Assembly (NCBI GenBank): GCA_963782975.1
Contig: CAWALT010000002.1
Coordinates: 182,406-246,405, forward strand
Length of the DNA stretch: 64,000 nt
Origin: an uncultured Alphaproteobacteria bacterium
Lineage (GTDB): Bacteria > Pseudomonadota > Alphaproteobacteria > 43-37 > CAWALT01
Reading direction: 5' to 3'
The position numbers were made by a program, and so were the translations under genes. Numbering within the stretch: position 1 is the first letter of the stretch; each line of letters opens with the position of its first letter. A model generated the notes under the pieces. The model searched no databases, was not told the DNA's origin, and worked only from the letters and a program-made list of their open reading frames with translations. Shown here in pieces: positions 20,272 through 30,470 of the stretch.

Positions 20272-20682
20272 TTACTTAAGAAGTTTCGTCGCTAGATCAT
20301 CGCCTGCAAAATCGGCTTGGAGGGAGGTTGCTATCGTACTATTACTAAAGCACATTCCTTCTTGCTCATGTTGGTCATAAGAAGAAAAATCTTGCTGAGT
20401 TTTCTCCCCAGAAATGGCTAAGGTATAAGAAGACCCGATCAAAAATTGGCAAACTCCATCCCAGGCACTATACAAAGCTGCGCTCATGGCGGCAAAAGCT
20501 GGCGTAAGATAAGGTAAAGTCTTTGTTAAAATATCCGTGACACATAAAGAGTTTCCCGTTACCTGGCTCAACGAACATCCACATCCCTCGTGGCTATAAC
20601 AAGGGTTAGAAGAAGCAGGTAGAATAAGAGAGAGGAACACAAGAGTAACCACTATTCTAATTTGGTTTTTTAACTTGGTCAT
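20272..20682 (-). CDS. hypothetical secreted Cys-containing protein (136 aa)
   Basis: Signal peptide and a cluster of Cys/His near the N-terminus (NPCYSHEGCGCS). No domain recognised. Confidence 0.45.
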   Translation of the reverse strand: MTKLKNQIRIVVTLVFLSLILPASSNPCYSHEGCGCSLSQVTGNSLCVTDILTKTLPYLTPAFAAMSAALYSAWDGVCQFLIGSSYTLAISGEKTQQDFSSYDQHEQEGMCFSNSTIATSLQADFAGDDLATKLLK

Positions 20683-20750
20683 TGCTTCGCCCTTATAAGA
20701 AAGTTTTTCCGTTGTATGATCAGGTGGTAAGTTTACGCTCGCTAAAAGGA

Positions 20751-21287
20751 TTAACTTCCACTCCAGCAGCGCACGGGACCCGTATCAATATGGATAAAAT
20801 GTGACTTTGGATAATATCCCACACCGCCTAACTTAAGGTTTTTAGCAATTTGATACTGTTTGTCAAGAGGGATGTCTTGCAGGCAAACATCAATAGCCCT
20901 GCCGAGCATGTGAAAACTCTCCTTCGAAACTTGCGTAGAACGCTGCGCTAGGCGATTGTTGGTTCTGGGTGAGCGGTACCCAGAAATAATACGTATAGGC
21001 CGCCGAGTACCGCTTTCTTGTTGGAAGAGGTAAAGAAAATCAAGGAGATTTATATCGATCTCCTTCACTTCTTGAGTTCGCCAATCTCGAAGAAAATAGT
21101 TCAGCTTATTTAACCCTGCGCGATTATAGGACCCTTTTTGAAAGTAAATAACTTTTAACTGTTCATGCGTATGACAGTTATAAAGATGGAGAGTCTTGGA
21201 AGGCAAATTATGACGAGGAAAGCCTGACGAGGGAAAGGATAGATTAAGACAAATGAATAAAATGCATAACCTAATAATAAATATCAT
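20751..21287 (-). CDS. YcbK/MepK-like peptidase M15A (DUF882) murein endopeptidase
   Basis: SGYRSPxxN...HxxGxAxD...GGVGxYP..FIHIDTG motif set typical of the DUF882/YcbK family. It lies next to an ldtD-like gene, as ycbB-ycbK do in E. coli. Confidence 0.75.
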   Translation of the reverse strand: MIFIIRLCILFICLNLSFPSSGFPRHNLPSKTLHLYNCHTHEQLKVIYFQKGSYNRAGLNKLNYFLRDWRTQEVKEIDINLLDFLYLFQQESGTRRPIRIISGYRSPRTNNRLAQRSTQVSKESFHMLGRAIDVCLQDIPLDKQYQIAKNLKLGGVGYYPKSHFIHIDTGPVRCWSGS

Positions 21288-21378
21288 TTAAAGACCTTCA
21301 TTCTTCGTTTTTCTATATATGTGAATGTTATATAGAAAAACAGAAGAAAGAAATCAAGGTCTTAGAATTTAAAATATT

Positions 21379-22887
21379 CTAGGAATTAGATTCTTTGATG
21401 GCTTCCCAAAGTTTATGATCATGCTTATACACATCATCATAAAAATAAATATTGCCATCGCGATTGACCCACACAGTGAAATATTTAAAGTAAGCGGGAA
21501 CGGTGTTGCTTAAATTAATAGTTACTGTTTGTCCTGATTGAGTCGTTGCGAGAATTTTTTCTTTCGGCCAATCCTTATGATTTGCCAAAAGAAAGGAGGC
21601 AAGCTTTAGAGGCTCCCGCATACGGACACATCCGGCGCTAAACGTGCGGACACTTTTTTCAAATTCTTTTTTGCTTGGTGTGCCGTGAATAAAAATTCTG
21701 TAAGAATTATCTACATTAATGCGCACTTGCCCCAGGGCATTTTGAGCGCCTTTCCGCTGATAAAGAGTGAAGGGGAAACGGCGTCCGCTAATTTCGGACC
21801 AATCAATAGAGGTGAGAGGGACCTCGTCACGCGTTCCTCTTTTATACACAATAAAACCTTTTTTCTCTAAGTACGATGGATCCTTCTTGATTTTCCTTAG
21901 CAAGCTGCCCGACGCAATACTGTGAGGCGCTGTCCAGTTCGGGTTTAAGGTAAGGGAAATAATAGGGGCGATAAAGGTTGGCGTCTTCTGATAGATGCGA
22001 CCGATGATGACTGGCTCATCGAGCTTCATTAATCCATCCTCAATAGCAAGGAGGCGAAAGCTTGCTTTATTAATCAATACATATTTTGTCCCTTTTTCAA
22101 TAGGCATCCACCGCCATCTTTCCAGGTTTACAAGAATCTTTTTTATTCTCTCCTCGGGGCTCAGATTAAGGAAAGGAAGCGTCTGGGGACCCACCACTCC
22201 TGTCTCTTCAAGACCGTGGCGTTTTTGAAAAGCTATTAAACTTGTTTGCACTTCTTGATCAAATTCTTGAGGGTCTTTCCCGAGGTTTTTTAGAAATCCA
22301 AGAGCATAAAGTTGACGACGCAGCGTTGCCACGTCTTCATGTCTCATACCTATTTTTAAAAGCTCTGTCCTTTTAATTTGGTACCAGGACGGGTGTTTTT
22401 CTTGGACGATTTTAAAGAATTTAAGTGCCTTTTTTAAAAGAAGATATTCTTCATTTTTTGGGACGATGTCGCTTACCCAAGCGCAAAGTTGATTGTCTTG
22501 GATGGCGTTAATTAGCTTTTCAAGATAAGGAGGGATATAAGCTTGTAATTTGATTGATCCATGGAACTGGCGAGGGTCAAATCGCTCTCCATGAGCATCG
22601 CTGGTAAATTGAAGGATGGCTTGGGTTATTTCTTTATCTAATAAGGCTTGTTCTTTTAACGAGAGGGAATCTTTTTTCTTAAGGACGTCAAAGGGCTTTA
22701 CATATTTTTCCGGATTTAATCCTTCTTCATCAGCATGACGGATATGCTTTTCAATAAGGTCCAAGCAACGAGGCGGAGTTTTTGTAACCCAAGCGAGCTT
22801 GAAGTTAAGCTTTTGATAAAAATAGGCTACTTTCTCCGCAAGAGATTTAGGCGCATTGACTTGTTCTTGAGAAATAATCTCTTTCAA
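21379..22887 (-). CDS. L,D-transpeptidase YcbB/LdtD family (peptidoglycan-binding domain plus YkuD catalytic domain), N-terminus possibly disrupted
   Basis: A PG-binding domain-like region (ATLRRQLYALGF...) and a C-terminal YkuD motif with the catalytic ...HGT...SAGCVRM. The ORF starts at a TTG with no signal peptide. See the finding on the upstream leader. Confidence 0.75.
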   Translation of the reverse strand: MKEIISQEQVNAPKSLAEKVAYFYQKLNFKLAWVTKTPPRCLDLIEKHIRHADEEGLNPEKYVKPFDVLKKKDSLSLKEQALLDKEITQAILQFTSDAHGERFDPRQFHGSIKLQAYIPPYLEKLINAIQDNQLCAWVSDIVPKNEEYLLLKKALKFFKIVQEKHPSWYQIKRTELLKIGMRHEDVATLRRQLYALGFLKNLGKDPQEFDQEVQTSLIAFQKRHGLEETGVVGPQTLPFLNLSPEERIKKILVNLERWRWMPIEKGTKYVLINKASFRLLAIEDGLMKLDEPVIIGRIYQKTPTFIAPIISLTLNPNWTAPHSIASGSLLRKIKKDPSYLEKKGFIVYKRGTRDEVPLTSIDWSEISGRRFPFTLYQRKGAQNALGQVRINVDNSYRIFIHGTPSKKEFEKSVRTFSAGCVRMREPLKLASFLLANHKDWPKEKILATTQSGQTVTINLSNTVPAYFKYFTVWVNRDGNIYFYDDVYKHDHKLWEAIKESNS

Positions 22888-23276
22888 ATATGGTGTTGCT
22901 ACAGAAGCTTCTTGCCCCTGTGCCGGGACACACCAGATGGTTAAAAAAAAATAACTAATAACCTATGCATTAATAAGCCCCCTTAGGGTAAGTGCGCGGA
23001 AAACGATCCTTATTTTTTGGATAGATTTCTCCTTGCTTACCACATCCTACAAGTAAAAATGTTAACAACATAAACGATATAATTGGCGTAAAGATTTTAT
23101 GCATTTCTTCCTCACACATGCTAGATATCTTAGTAACCAAGAGTTAAAAAACTATATCTAATTGTTAAAAATTTATAAACATTTGAATAAAAAAAGGGGA
23201 GCACGCTCCCCTTTTTCCTTTATATAGATAGGCGACCTAAAAACTCCTAACGTATCAGCGTTAGGTGATGGACCAC

Positions 23277-24029
23277 CTATAATTCATTTTTTTCGGTTTT
23301 CTCTTGATTACCTTGAGGGGCACCAAAGGACTCTATTTTTTTGATAAGAGTTGTCATGAGTTTCGCTTGTTGTGTAGCCTCAAAAATTTGAAACGAATTT
23401 ATCATTATCATATTTACGAGATTCACAGGAGAATTGCTTTGTTCGATATGCTGGAGGAGTTCTTGTGCAAGGACCGTCTTGAGTTCCTCATCGTAATTAA
23501 TAAGCTTAGAAGATATTAAGTCATTCATTGCGAAACTGAGAGAGAGTGAGCTTATGGATGGAATAAGTTCTTTTGCTCTGGTTACATAAGTTTCTGCCAG
23601 ATAAGGGGCAAGCTTGTGAATGTGCGTTTCAAGCGGAGAAGGGCTCAATCTTTCAAAATAGAGAGAGAGACGAAGAATATTGGCCGCTTCAAAAGCCATC
23701 TTAGCAAAATTATTGACTACAAGGCATAGTTCATTAAACTCTTCGGGTGTTGTAAGAAGCGTAAACCCTTTCTCATATCTTGGAACAAGGCAGTTTGACA
23801 AAGAGCAATGGTGTAAGTTGTGCTCGATTAACCAATCAGGCAAAGGCTCGTTTTCACGAGGAAGAGAGAGGCCTGGGCTTGTCTTTCCCGGAATGCATTG
23901 CCAAGTTGCTTGATCATAAGCAACAATCTCCTGTTCCTTTGTCGCGTTACTATAAGAATGTTGGGAAAAGCTCAGGAGCAATAGCATAGCAAGAAACGTC
24001 CGAGCAATGATTGGTAATGAGAATGTCAT
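23277..24029 (-). CDS. hypothetical secreted protein (250 aa)
   Basis: Signal peptide. No recognised domain. Confidence 0.45.
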   Translation of the reverse strand: MTFSLPIIARTFLAMLLLLSFSQHSYSNATKEQEIVAYDQATWQCIPGKTSPGLSLPRENEPLPDWLIEHNLHHCSLSNCLVPRYEKGFTLLTTPEEFNELCLVVNNFAKMAFEAANILRLSLYFERLSPSPLETHIHKLAPYLAETYVTRAKELIPSISSLSLSFAMNDLISSKLINYDEELKTVLAQELLQHIEQSNSPVNLVNMIMINSFQIFEATQQAKLMTTLIKKIESFGAPQGNQEKTEKNEL

Positions 24030-24451
24030 AGGGGTCTCCTTTAAAGTTAGAGGATAAAATTTACACTTTATGCAATTTTTAAATTAAATTTTATAAGTAA
24101 ATATTTTATGAAATTTTCAACTGCTTTTCCTCGAGCTTAAAACTTTCTGCCTTAGAAAGAGACAGTTTAAGGTAATGGTAGACGATAAACTCGTGGCCTG
24201 ACCCTAGGAACAGGAGCGAGCTCTTGTAAAGCATATAAGGATCTAGGAAAGCGCATAGCGCGAAAGAGTGTTTTCCTATAGGCTCGTGTCGTAGGGATAA
24301 GAGGGCATTGCAAGCTCCTCTAATAACTCTTCTCTCTTCTCTCTTCTCGGAAAAAGGTAGCTAGAGAAGGGTTTGTCCGCCTGCTAACGGGGTTAAATGC
24401 GCTTGGAAGCGAAGACTGGACAGATGCTTTCTAAGGTGCTCTTCTCTTTAT

Positions 24452-24844
24452 CTAATGACTGAAAAAGCGTTTAAGCTTCTGTTCCTTTTCCTTTATATCA
24501 AGTTGAGCGCACTCACTTAAGAATTTTTGATAGATTAACTCGGTCATTTCATGATCACCTAAGGCGTACGCAAAGGCAGCCATAGTCAGGATGTGATCGG
24601 AGGTTTGATCTTTTTTTTCTTTCGGTAATGATAACTTAAAGGTCCCATCTTTTTTAAAGATAATGGCTGCATCATGAGCATCCAATTTTAATGTCTGCTG
24701 ATGGCGAGATCGCGTCATTAGGTAAATTCCCTGTCTATCAAGGGCCTCAAAATCAGCCCGTTTTCTTATTTTTAGATTAGGTAATAATGATCCTTGCTGA
24801 AAAGTCAAAGCGTTGTTAAAGGTTTGACTCGTCGGTGAGCCCAA
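24452..24844 (-). CDS. hypothetical protein (130 aa) overlapping the thyX stop
   Basis: 29-nt overlap with thyX suggests co-transcription. No domain recognised. Confidence 0.4.
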   Translation of the reverse strand: MGSPTSQTFNNALTFQQGSLLPNLKIRKRADFEALDRQGIYLMTRSRHQQTLKLDAHDAAIIFKKDGTFKLSLPKEKKDQTSDHILTMAAFAYALGDHEMTELIYQKFLSECAQLDIKEKEQKLKRFFSH

Positions 24845-25787
24845 AGAGCTCGGTAAATTCGTCCCATTCTCTGGTCGATAGGCCGCTGTCTTCTTTTGTA
24901 ATTTTCCCCCCGTTTAAGCGTTTTCGAAGAAGCTCTAACGCGGTGCGAGAAAGTTGCGCGCCATGCATCCTATACTCCATAAAGGCTTCATAAGCAAAAG
25001 GTACCCATTTTGAAAGCGTCTCAAGCAGAACATAGCTGTAAGCGCGAATTTCATACTGAGCATGGTGATCAGCGCGCAGGGCCGCAAAATGAAAGAGATT
25101 ATGGAGATTAATTTTCCAATACCATTGGGTATAAAAATTAAGCGATAGATTCATCCGAGCTAATTCACGGGCCAGTGGATCTCGGTTCAGGTCAATGATG
25201 GTGCCGTCTTCCCGTTCATTTAAAAGTTGTTCGTAATGATCGTAGGCTCTAAGAGAGTCCTCTTTTAAAAGGCTAAGAATCTCTTCAGCTTGTTGTCCTG
25301 TAATTAAGCGTTCACGTCCTTGGCGATTGGTCGATGATTGGGCAGCAAGATGCTGAGGAGCAGGTAAATAGAATTCTTTATCTAAAATCGAGTAGCGTGC
25401 GGAATACTCGTTCACACTAGCTGTGCGATGGCGGATCCATTGACGGGCCACGAAAATTGGCAGTTTAATATGATATTTAATCTCGCACATCTCAAAAGGA
25501 GTGGTGTGACGATGGCGCATCAAGTAGTTAATCAACCCTTTGTCTTGGCTTGTTTGTTTGGTTCCTTTTCCATAAGAAACGCGGGCTGCTTGGACAATGC
25601 TGCTGTCATCCCCCATATAATCGATCACGCGGATAAATCCATGGTCAAGGACAGGGATAGCCGTATAAAGAATTTCTTCCAAAGCCGGAACAGTAGCACG
25701 TTTCGTTAGGAAAGTTTGCTTCTGCGCTGTTGCAATTTCCGCGCGTTGTTTCGTGTTGAGCGTCATGAGAGAAGGTCCTTGAATCAA
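24816..25787 (-). CDS. thyX: flavin-dependent thymidylate synthase ThyX
   Basis: [14 protein letters not shown] is the ThyX signature (RHRxxSxxxxSxRY). 323 aa. Confidence 0.9.
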   Translation of the reverse strand: MIQGPSLMTLNTKQRAEIATAQKQTFLTKRATVPALEEILYTAIPVLDHGFIRVIDYMGDDSSIVQAARVSYGKGTKQTSQDKGLINYLMRHRHTTPFEMCEIKYHIKLPIFVARQWIRHRTASVNEYSARYSILDKEFYLPAPQHLAAQSSTNRQGRERLITGQQAEEILSLLKEDSLRAYDHYEQLLNEREDGTIIDLNRDPLARELARMNLSLNFYTQWYWKINLHNLFHFAALRADHHAQYEIRAYSYVLLETLSKWVPFAYEAFMEYRMHGAQLSRTALELLRKRLNGGKITKEDSGLSTREWDEFTELFGLTDESNL

Positions 25788-26235
25788 TTATTTCTTAGTT
25801 AAAATTTAAGTAAGGCATCAAAAAGTAACGTAATTATGGACGATCTTCGGAGCGCTTGTAAACTACCATCTTTGATTTTTATTAAGAATATATTATAATA
25901 TCACTTGTCAGTAATGACTACGGCGATAAACAGTGTGCGTAATAGACGGAGCGGACTCGGGGGCGGTACCCGACGCCTCCACCAAATTATATGGGGGCGA
26001 AATAGGATTGACGCACGTTATAAAGGTATACTTTTCGCTCGGCATAGTACCACCGTTATCGGGCTAATTTATAAATGCCAACTCTAATATGAAATTGGCG
26101 TTGAATGACAATCACAATCTTGCTGCAGTTGCTGCATAATTGTCGTGAGATAGATTGTTTTCGATAGCGGTTTGGGGGGCACCGGGCAACAGAAGCCCCC
26201 TACTTTATAAAGAATAGGTGTTTAGGTAAGCTGTT

Positions 26236-26742
26236 ATGAGTATGTTTAATTATGATGAGTTAGTGCAGGATGCGTTACGAGGTGTGGTACGCCAATGTCT
26301 CGAGCAAGTGGCAGAAACAGGTTTTTCTGGCAATCATCATTTTTATATTACTTTTCGCACCGATCATCCGGATGTGCTCATTCCTGAGTACTTAAAGGAA
26401 CAACATCCTGAAGAAATCACGATTGTACTACAGTACCAATTTTGGAATTTAGAGATTGGAAAAAGCTGGTTTGACGTGACATTAAGTTTTAATGACATTC
26501 ATGAACAGCTTCATATTCCTTTTTCGGCCTTAGTCAGCTTCGTTGATCCCTCAGTAAAATTTGGGTTGCAATTTGCACCGCGATTTGTCCCAGCTAATTA
26601 TGCTTCTTCAAATGAGGCAGAGCCTGAACCTCAAGAAACTAAACCTCTTACCGAGCGAAAAACAAGAAAAGAAAGCAGCAAGAGCACCAAAAAGAAAGAA
26701 AAAGACAACATCATAAGCTTAGATGCGTTTCGCAAGAAGTAA
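26236..26742 (+). CDS. sspB: SspB-like ClpXP adaptor (stringent starvation protein B family), putative
   Basis: ~165 aa. The core resembles SspB (..ITIVLQYQFWNLEIG..FDVTLSFNDIH..IPFSALVSFVDP..) and is followed by an acidic/basic disordered tail. Confidence 0.5.
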   Translation: MSMFNYDELVQDALRGVVRQCLEQVAETGFSGNHHFYITFRTDHPDVLIPEYLKEQHPEEITIVLQYQFWNLEIGKSWFDVTLSFNDIHEQLHIPFSALVSFVDPSVKFGLQFAPRFVPANYASSNEAEPEPQETKPLTERKTRKESSKSTKKKEKDNIISLDAFRKK

Positions 26743-26745
26743 CTG

Positions 26746-29199
26746 TTAATAAATTCCTTGACCAGCCGAAGGCGTTAAGGTGGAAGGGGAGGTGTCATAG
26801 TGTCCACCGATCTTTTTTGGTTCATCCGAGACTTTTAGCGCTTCAAAAATCGCTTTTTTCTCTCTTAATCCGGCACGCTGTCCTGTTTCACGATTGATGC
26901 GTACAAATCGTATGCCGTTGGGTATCCGAAAAGGTATAGAAGGGGTGTCTTTTAACGCTTTTTTCATAAAGTCCACAAAAATGGGTAAAGCGGCTCTGGA
27001 TCCTGTCTCCAGCTCACCTAATGTGCGTGGTTCGTCAAACCCAACTATGACTCCTACCACAAGGTCAGGAGAAAAGCCAATAAACCACGCATCTTTATAA
27101 TCATTTGTGGAGCCGGTTTTGCCTGCAATGTGCTTACCAATAGCGCGTGCTCGCCATCCACTTCCCCGCAAAACCGCACCTTCTAAGATAGAGACCATTT
27201 GATATGCTGTATCCTTAGAAATAACTTGTTCCCTTCCATCTTCTAAAGGAGGAGGTAGAAGATCGTCATGCAGATGAGCCCATGGTACGTGGCATTCTGT
27301 GCATGTGCGTTTATCATGTTTATAAAGGATCCGCCCATGGCGATCTTGAATACGGTCAATAAGTGTTGGCTCAATCTTTTTGCCGCCGTTGGTTAGCATA
27401 GCATAAGCTTTGGTCATTTTAAGAAGAGTCGTCTCACCTGCTCCTAGAGCAATAGCATATTGATGTGGGGGACGATCAAGGATTCCAAACATTTTGGCTA
27501 ATTCAGCAATAGGCTTGATCCCTATTTCGTGCGCAAGGCGTATCGTAGCTGTGTTACGGGATTTTTCAACAGCGGTGCGGAGCGTGATCGGCCCAAGAAA
27601 GTCTTCCGTAAGATTGTTTGGGCGCCACACCCCTAAGAGCGGTCCTAAATCAATCGCAATAGGAGAGTCCAGAATAATGGAATTTGGTGCATATCCTTTG
27701 TCAAGGGCCGCTAGATAGACGAAAGGCTTGAAAGTGGATCCCGGTTGTCGCAGGGCTTGTGTAGCGCGATTAAATTGGCTCATTTCATAGCTCAATCCTC
27801 CCGCCATGGCAAGGACACGACCAGTATGGGGATCCAGGGCAACCATCGCTCCATTAATGTTAGGAATTTGTCTTAAGTGATATAGGTTGAGAAGGTCACG
27901 CTTTGCTGCGCGTCCTGTTGTAAAATCTTTTTCTTTATAGGGCTCGACGAGGATAACATCCCCCACGGCGAGCACATCTTTTGGTGTGCGAATAGCAGGG
28001 CCTAACGTTTGATTTTCTAGGCATCGGCGTGCCCATCGTAAGGCGTCGATTAAAATCATACCGCGGGTGCCATCTCTAAATAAAATAGAGACCTTATCAG
28101 GCATCAGGCTTTCGACAACGGCAATGCTCCACCCAGGCATTTTCGCAGGAGGCATTACCTTTTCAAGCTCTGCTTTCCAAGCAGAGGTATCTGATAATAG
28201 AGCTGATTCTATATGAGCAAGCGGCCCCCGCCAACCATGACGCCGGTCATAGTCGATGAGACCCTTCCTTAAAGATTGGTCCATTATTTTTTGTAATGCT
28301 GGGTGAAGGGTGGTCTTAACGACTAATCCCCCTTTATACAAGGCCTCCTCGCCATAAAGATGGACGAGTTGTCGCCGCACATCTTCGGCAAAGTAATCCG
28401 CCTTAGCGACATGCTTTATCTTAAACCTTCTGTAATTGAGCGGTTCTTTTTTAGCGGCCTGGCTTTCGTCCGCGGAAATCAAGCCTTCTTCTTGTAATCG
28501 ACTGATTACCCAATTGCGTCTTTGAAGAGCGCGCTCTTTCTGTTTAACAGGATGATAATGCCGGGGAGCCTTAGGGAGAGCCGCCAGATAAGCGCACTCT
28601 GCAATCGTTAACTCCTCTAAAGATTTATTAAAATAATTTAAGGCAGCGGCAGCGACGCCATACGAGCGCATACCAAGGTATATCTGGTTTAGATAGAGCT
28701 CTAAGATGCGTTCTTTGGATAAAATACCCTCAATTCGCAGCGATAAAATCGCTTCTTTTATTTTGCGTTTTAGTTTTTGCTCGCGGGTTAAGAAAAAGTT
28801 ACGCGCAACCTGTTGGGTAATAGTAGAGGCGCCAATAAGGGGTTTGCCTTGTCCTATGCTTCTAAGGTTTTGAAAGAAGGCGCGAATAATCCCTCGAACG
28901 TCAATGCCGGGATGAGAGAAAAAATTTTTATCTTCGGCAACAAGGAAGGCATTAATAAGACGGTTTGGGACCGTATTAATAGGCACGAAGGCACGATGTT
29001 CGATTGCATACTCAGCAAACAAACGTCCATCACCGGCGTATAATCGTGTCACAACCGGTGGCTCATAATCGACGAGCTGTTGATAGTTAGGTAAATCTTG
29101 GCCAAAATAATAGAGTAAGGCTAAAGCTCCTACAGCGCCAATGACGAGCAAAGAAATAAGACGTGTTAAGATATAGACAGCCGAGCGAATCATTGGCAA
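26746..29199 (-). CDS. mrcA: penicillin-binding protein 1A (bifunctional glycosyltransferase/transpeptidase)
   Basis: N-terminal TM. GT51 motifs (EDKNFFSHPGID, RKxxE) and transpeptidase motifs STFKP, SRN and KTGST. 817 aa. Confidence 0.95.
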   Translation of the reverse strand: MPMIRSAVYILTRLISLLVIGAVGALALLYYFGQDLPNYQQLVDYEPPVVTRLYAGDGRLFAEYAIEHRAFVPINTVPNRLINAFLVAEDKNFFSHPGIDVRGIIRAFFQNLRSIGQGKPLIGASTITQQVARNFFLTREQKLKRKIKEAILSLRIEGILSKERILELYLNQIYLGMRSYGVAAAALNYFNKSLEELTIAECAYLAALPKAPRHYHPVKQKERALQRRNWVISRLQEEGLISADESQAAKKEPLNYRRFKIKHVAKADYFAEDVRRQLVHLYGEEALYKGGLVVKTTLHPALQKIMDQSLRKGLIDYDRRHGWRGPLAHIESALLSDTSAWKAELEKVMPPAKMPGWSIAVVESLMPDKVSILFRDGTRGMILIDALRWARRCLENQTLGPAIRTPKDVLAVGDVILVEPYKEKDFTTGRAAKRDLLNLYHLRQIPNINGAMVALDPHTGRVLAMAGGLSYEMSQFNRATQALRQPGSTFKPFVYLAALDKGYAPNSIILDSPIAIDLGPLLGVWRPNNLTEDFLGPITLRTAVEKSRNTATIRLAHEIGIKPIAELAKMFGILDRPPHQYAIALGAGETTLLKMTKAYAMLTNGGKKIEPTLIDRIQDRHGRILYKHDKRTCTECHVPWAHLHDDLLPPPLEDGREQVISKDTAYQMVSILEGAVLRGSGWRARAIGKHIAGKTGSTNDYKDAWFIGFSPDLVVGVIVGFDEPRTLGELETGSRAALPIFVDFMKKALKDTPSIPFRIPNGIRFVRINRETGQRAGLREKKAIFEALKVSDEPKKIGGHYDTSPSTLTPSAGQGIY

Positions 29200-29278
29200 A
29201 TAACGTAATGCTCATTAATTAAAATCGCGCTTATATTAGCCTATAGCTTTTTTCTTGTATAGGTTAGAAACACAAAAA

Positions 29279-30349
29279 TCAAGAAGAGATCTTTTCCCAT
29301 AAGGTTTTTGCCATTTTCTCAAAAATAAAAGCTGCCTCATGTTTGGTCAATGTGATTGGTTGTCCTTGATCTCCGCTTTCTCGAATAGCGATATCTAAAG
29401 GTAAGCTACCCAGTAAAGGGAGCCCCATTTTCTTGGCGTAGGTTGCTACTTGACCTTGGTTAAAGATAGGCGTTTCCTGATGGCAATGAGGACAGGCAAA
29501 ATAACTCATATTCTCCACCATGCCAAGTAGAGGGACCCCTGTTTTCTCAAACATTGTTACGGCCTTTTTCGCATCTAAGAGAGCTAAGTCCTGCGGGGTT
29601 GATACCACGACGGCTCCCGTTAAGTGAACTTTTTGGGCCACCGTTAACTGGACATCCCCTGTGCCGGGCGGCATATCAATCACAAGAATGTCAAGAGGAG
29701 GCCAATCCACATCACATAAAAATTGGGTAACTGCCCGCTGCACCATGAGCCCGCGCCATATTACGGCCTGAGTTTCCTCAATAAGAAAGCCTATGGACAT
29801 ACATGTTATATTATAGACGTTGAAAGGCTTAATTTTCCCCTCTTTCACCGTTGCCGATTCACGAATATTAAGGAGCTTAGGGATCGATGGTCCATAAATA
29901 TCCGCATCAAGAAGGCCCACTTTAAGCCCTAAGTGGGAGAAAGCTAAAGCTAAATTAACAGCAATGGTGGACTTTCCGACACCTCCTTTGCCAGAGGCTA
30001 CCGCAATAATATATTTAAATTGAGGCAAGGGAAGTTTTTGAATGGGATGCTTGGTATGAGGAGGAGAAGACGGCGTTCCAACGCCCTTCTTCTTTTGTAG
30101 GATAAGACATACAGGGTTCGTGAAACCAATGCTCTTGGCCGCTGCCTCTGCATGAGTTTTTAAGTGAATGAGCTCTTTCTCCGTCAAGCTTTGGTCCTGT
30201 TGGGTTAAATCAATCATAAAACGCACTTTCGGGTCTTCATCTTCAAGCACCGTCACGAGACCGCGGGCCACCACATCCATCGAATCACCGGGGAGGGATA
30301 CGGTCTTTAAAGCGGTCAGAAGTTTCGTCGCTGGGTATGCTGCGGTCAT
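29279..30349 (-). CDS. apbC: Fe-S cluster carrier ATPase Mrp/ApbC (NBP35 family)
   Basis: ASGKGGVGKST deviant Walker A, a CPHC motif, and an N-terminal DUF59-like region. Confidence 0.9.
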   Translation of the reverse strand: MTAAYPATKLLTALKTVSLPGDSMDVVARGLVTVLEDEDPKVRFMIDLTQQDQSLTEKELIHLKTHAEAAAKSIGFTNPVCLILQKKKGVGTPSSPPHTKHPIQKLPLPQFKYIIAVASGKGGVGKSTIAVNLALAFSHLGLKVGLLDADIYGPSIPKLLNIRESATVKEGKIKPFNVYNITCMSIGFLIEETQAVIWRGLMVQRAVTQFLCDVDWPPLDILVIDMPPGTGDVQLTVAQKVHLTGAVVVSTPQDLALLDAKKAVTMFEKTGVPLLGMVENMSYFACPHCHQETPIFNQGQVATYAKKMGLPLLGSLPLDIAIRESGDQGQPITLTKHEAAFIFEKMAKTLWEKISS

Positions 30350-30470
30350 TGTTACTTTACTCTTTTCATTGGGGGAAATTTTGTATAGTGTTTAAGGGTC
30401 TGTAGATATCTTAATGAGTGTAGAGCGTAATTTCAATCATATAAGTTTAACTTAACATGCGTGAGTACCA

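Noticed and set aside
24030-24451. Possibility that this intergenic region encodes RNase P RNA or tmRNA
   Set aside because: The conserved RNase P segments (GGTAAGGGTGAAA... / AGGAAAGTCC) and the tmRNA tag-reading-frame/resume-codon context could not be found.
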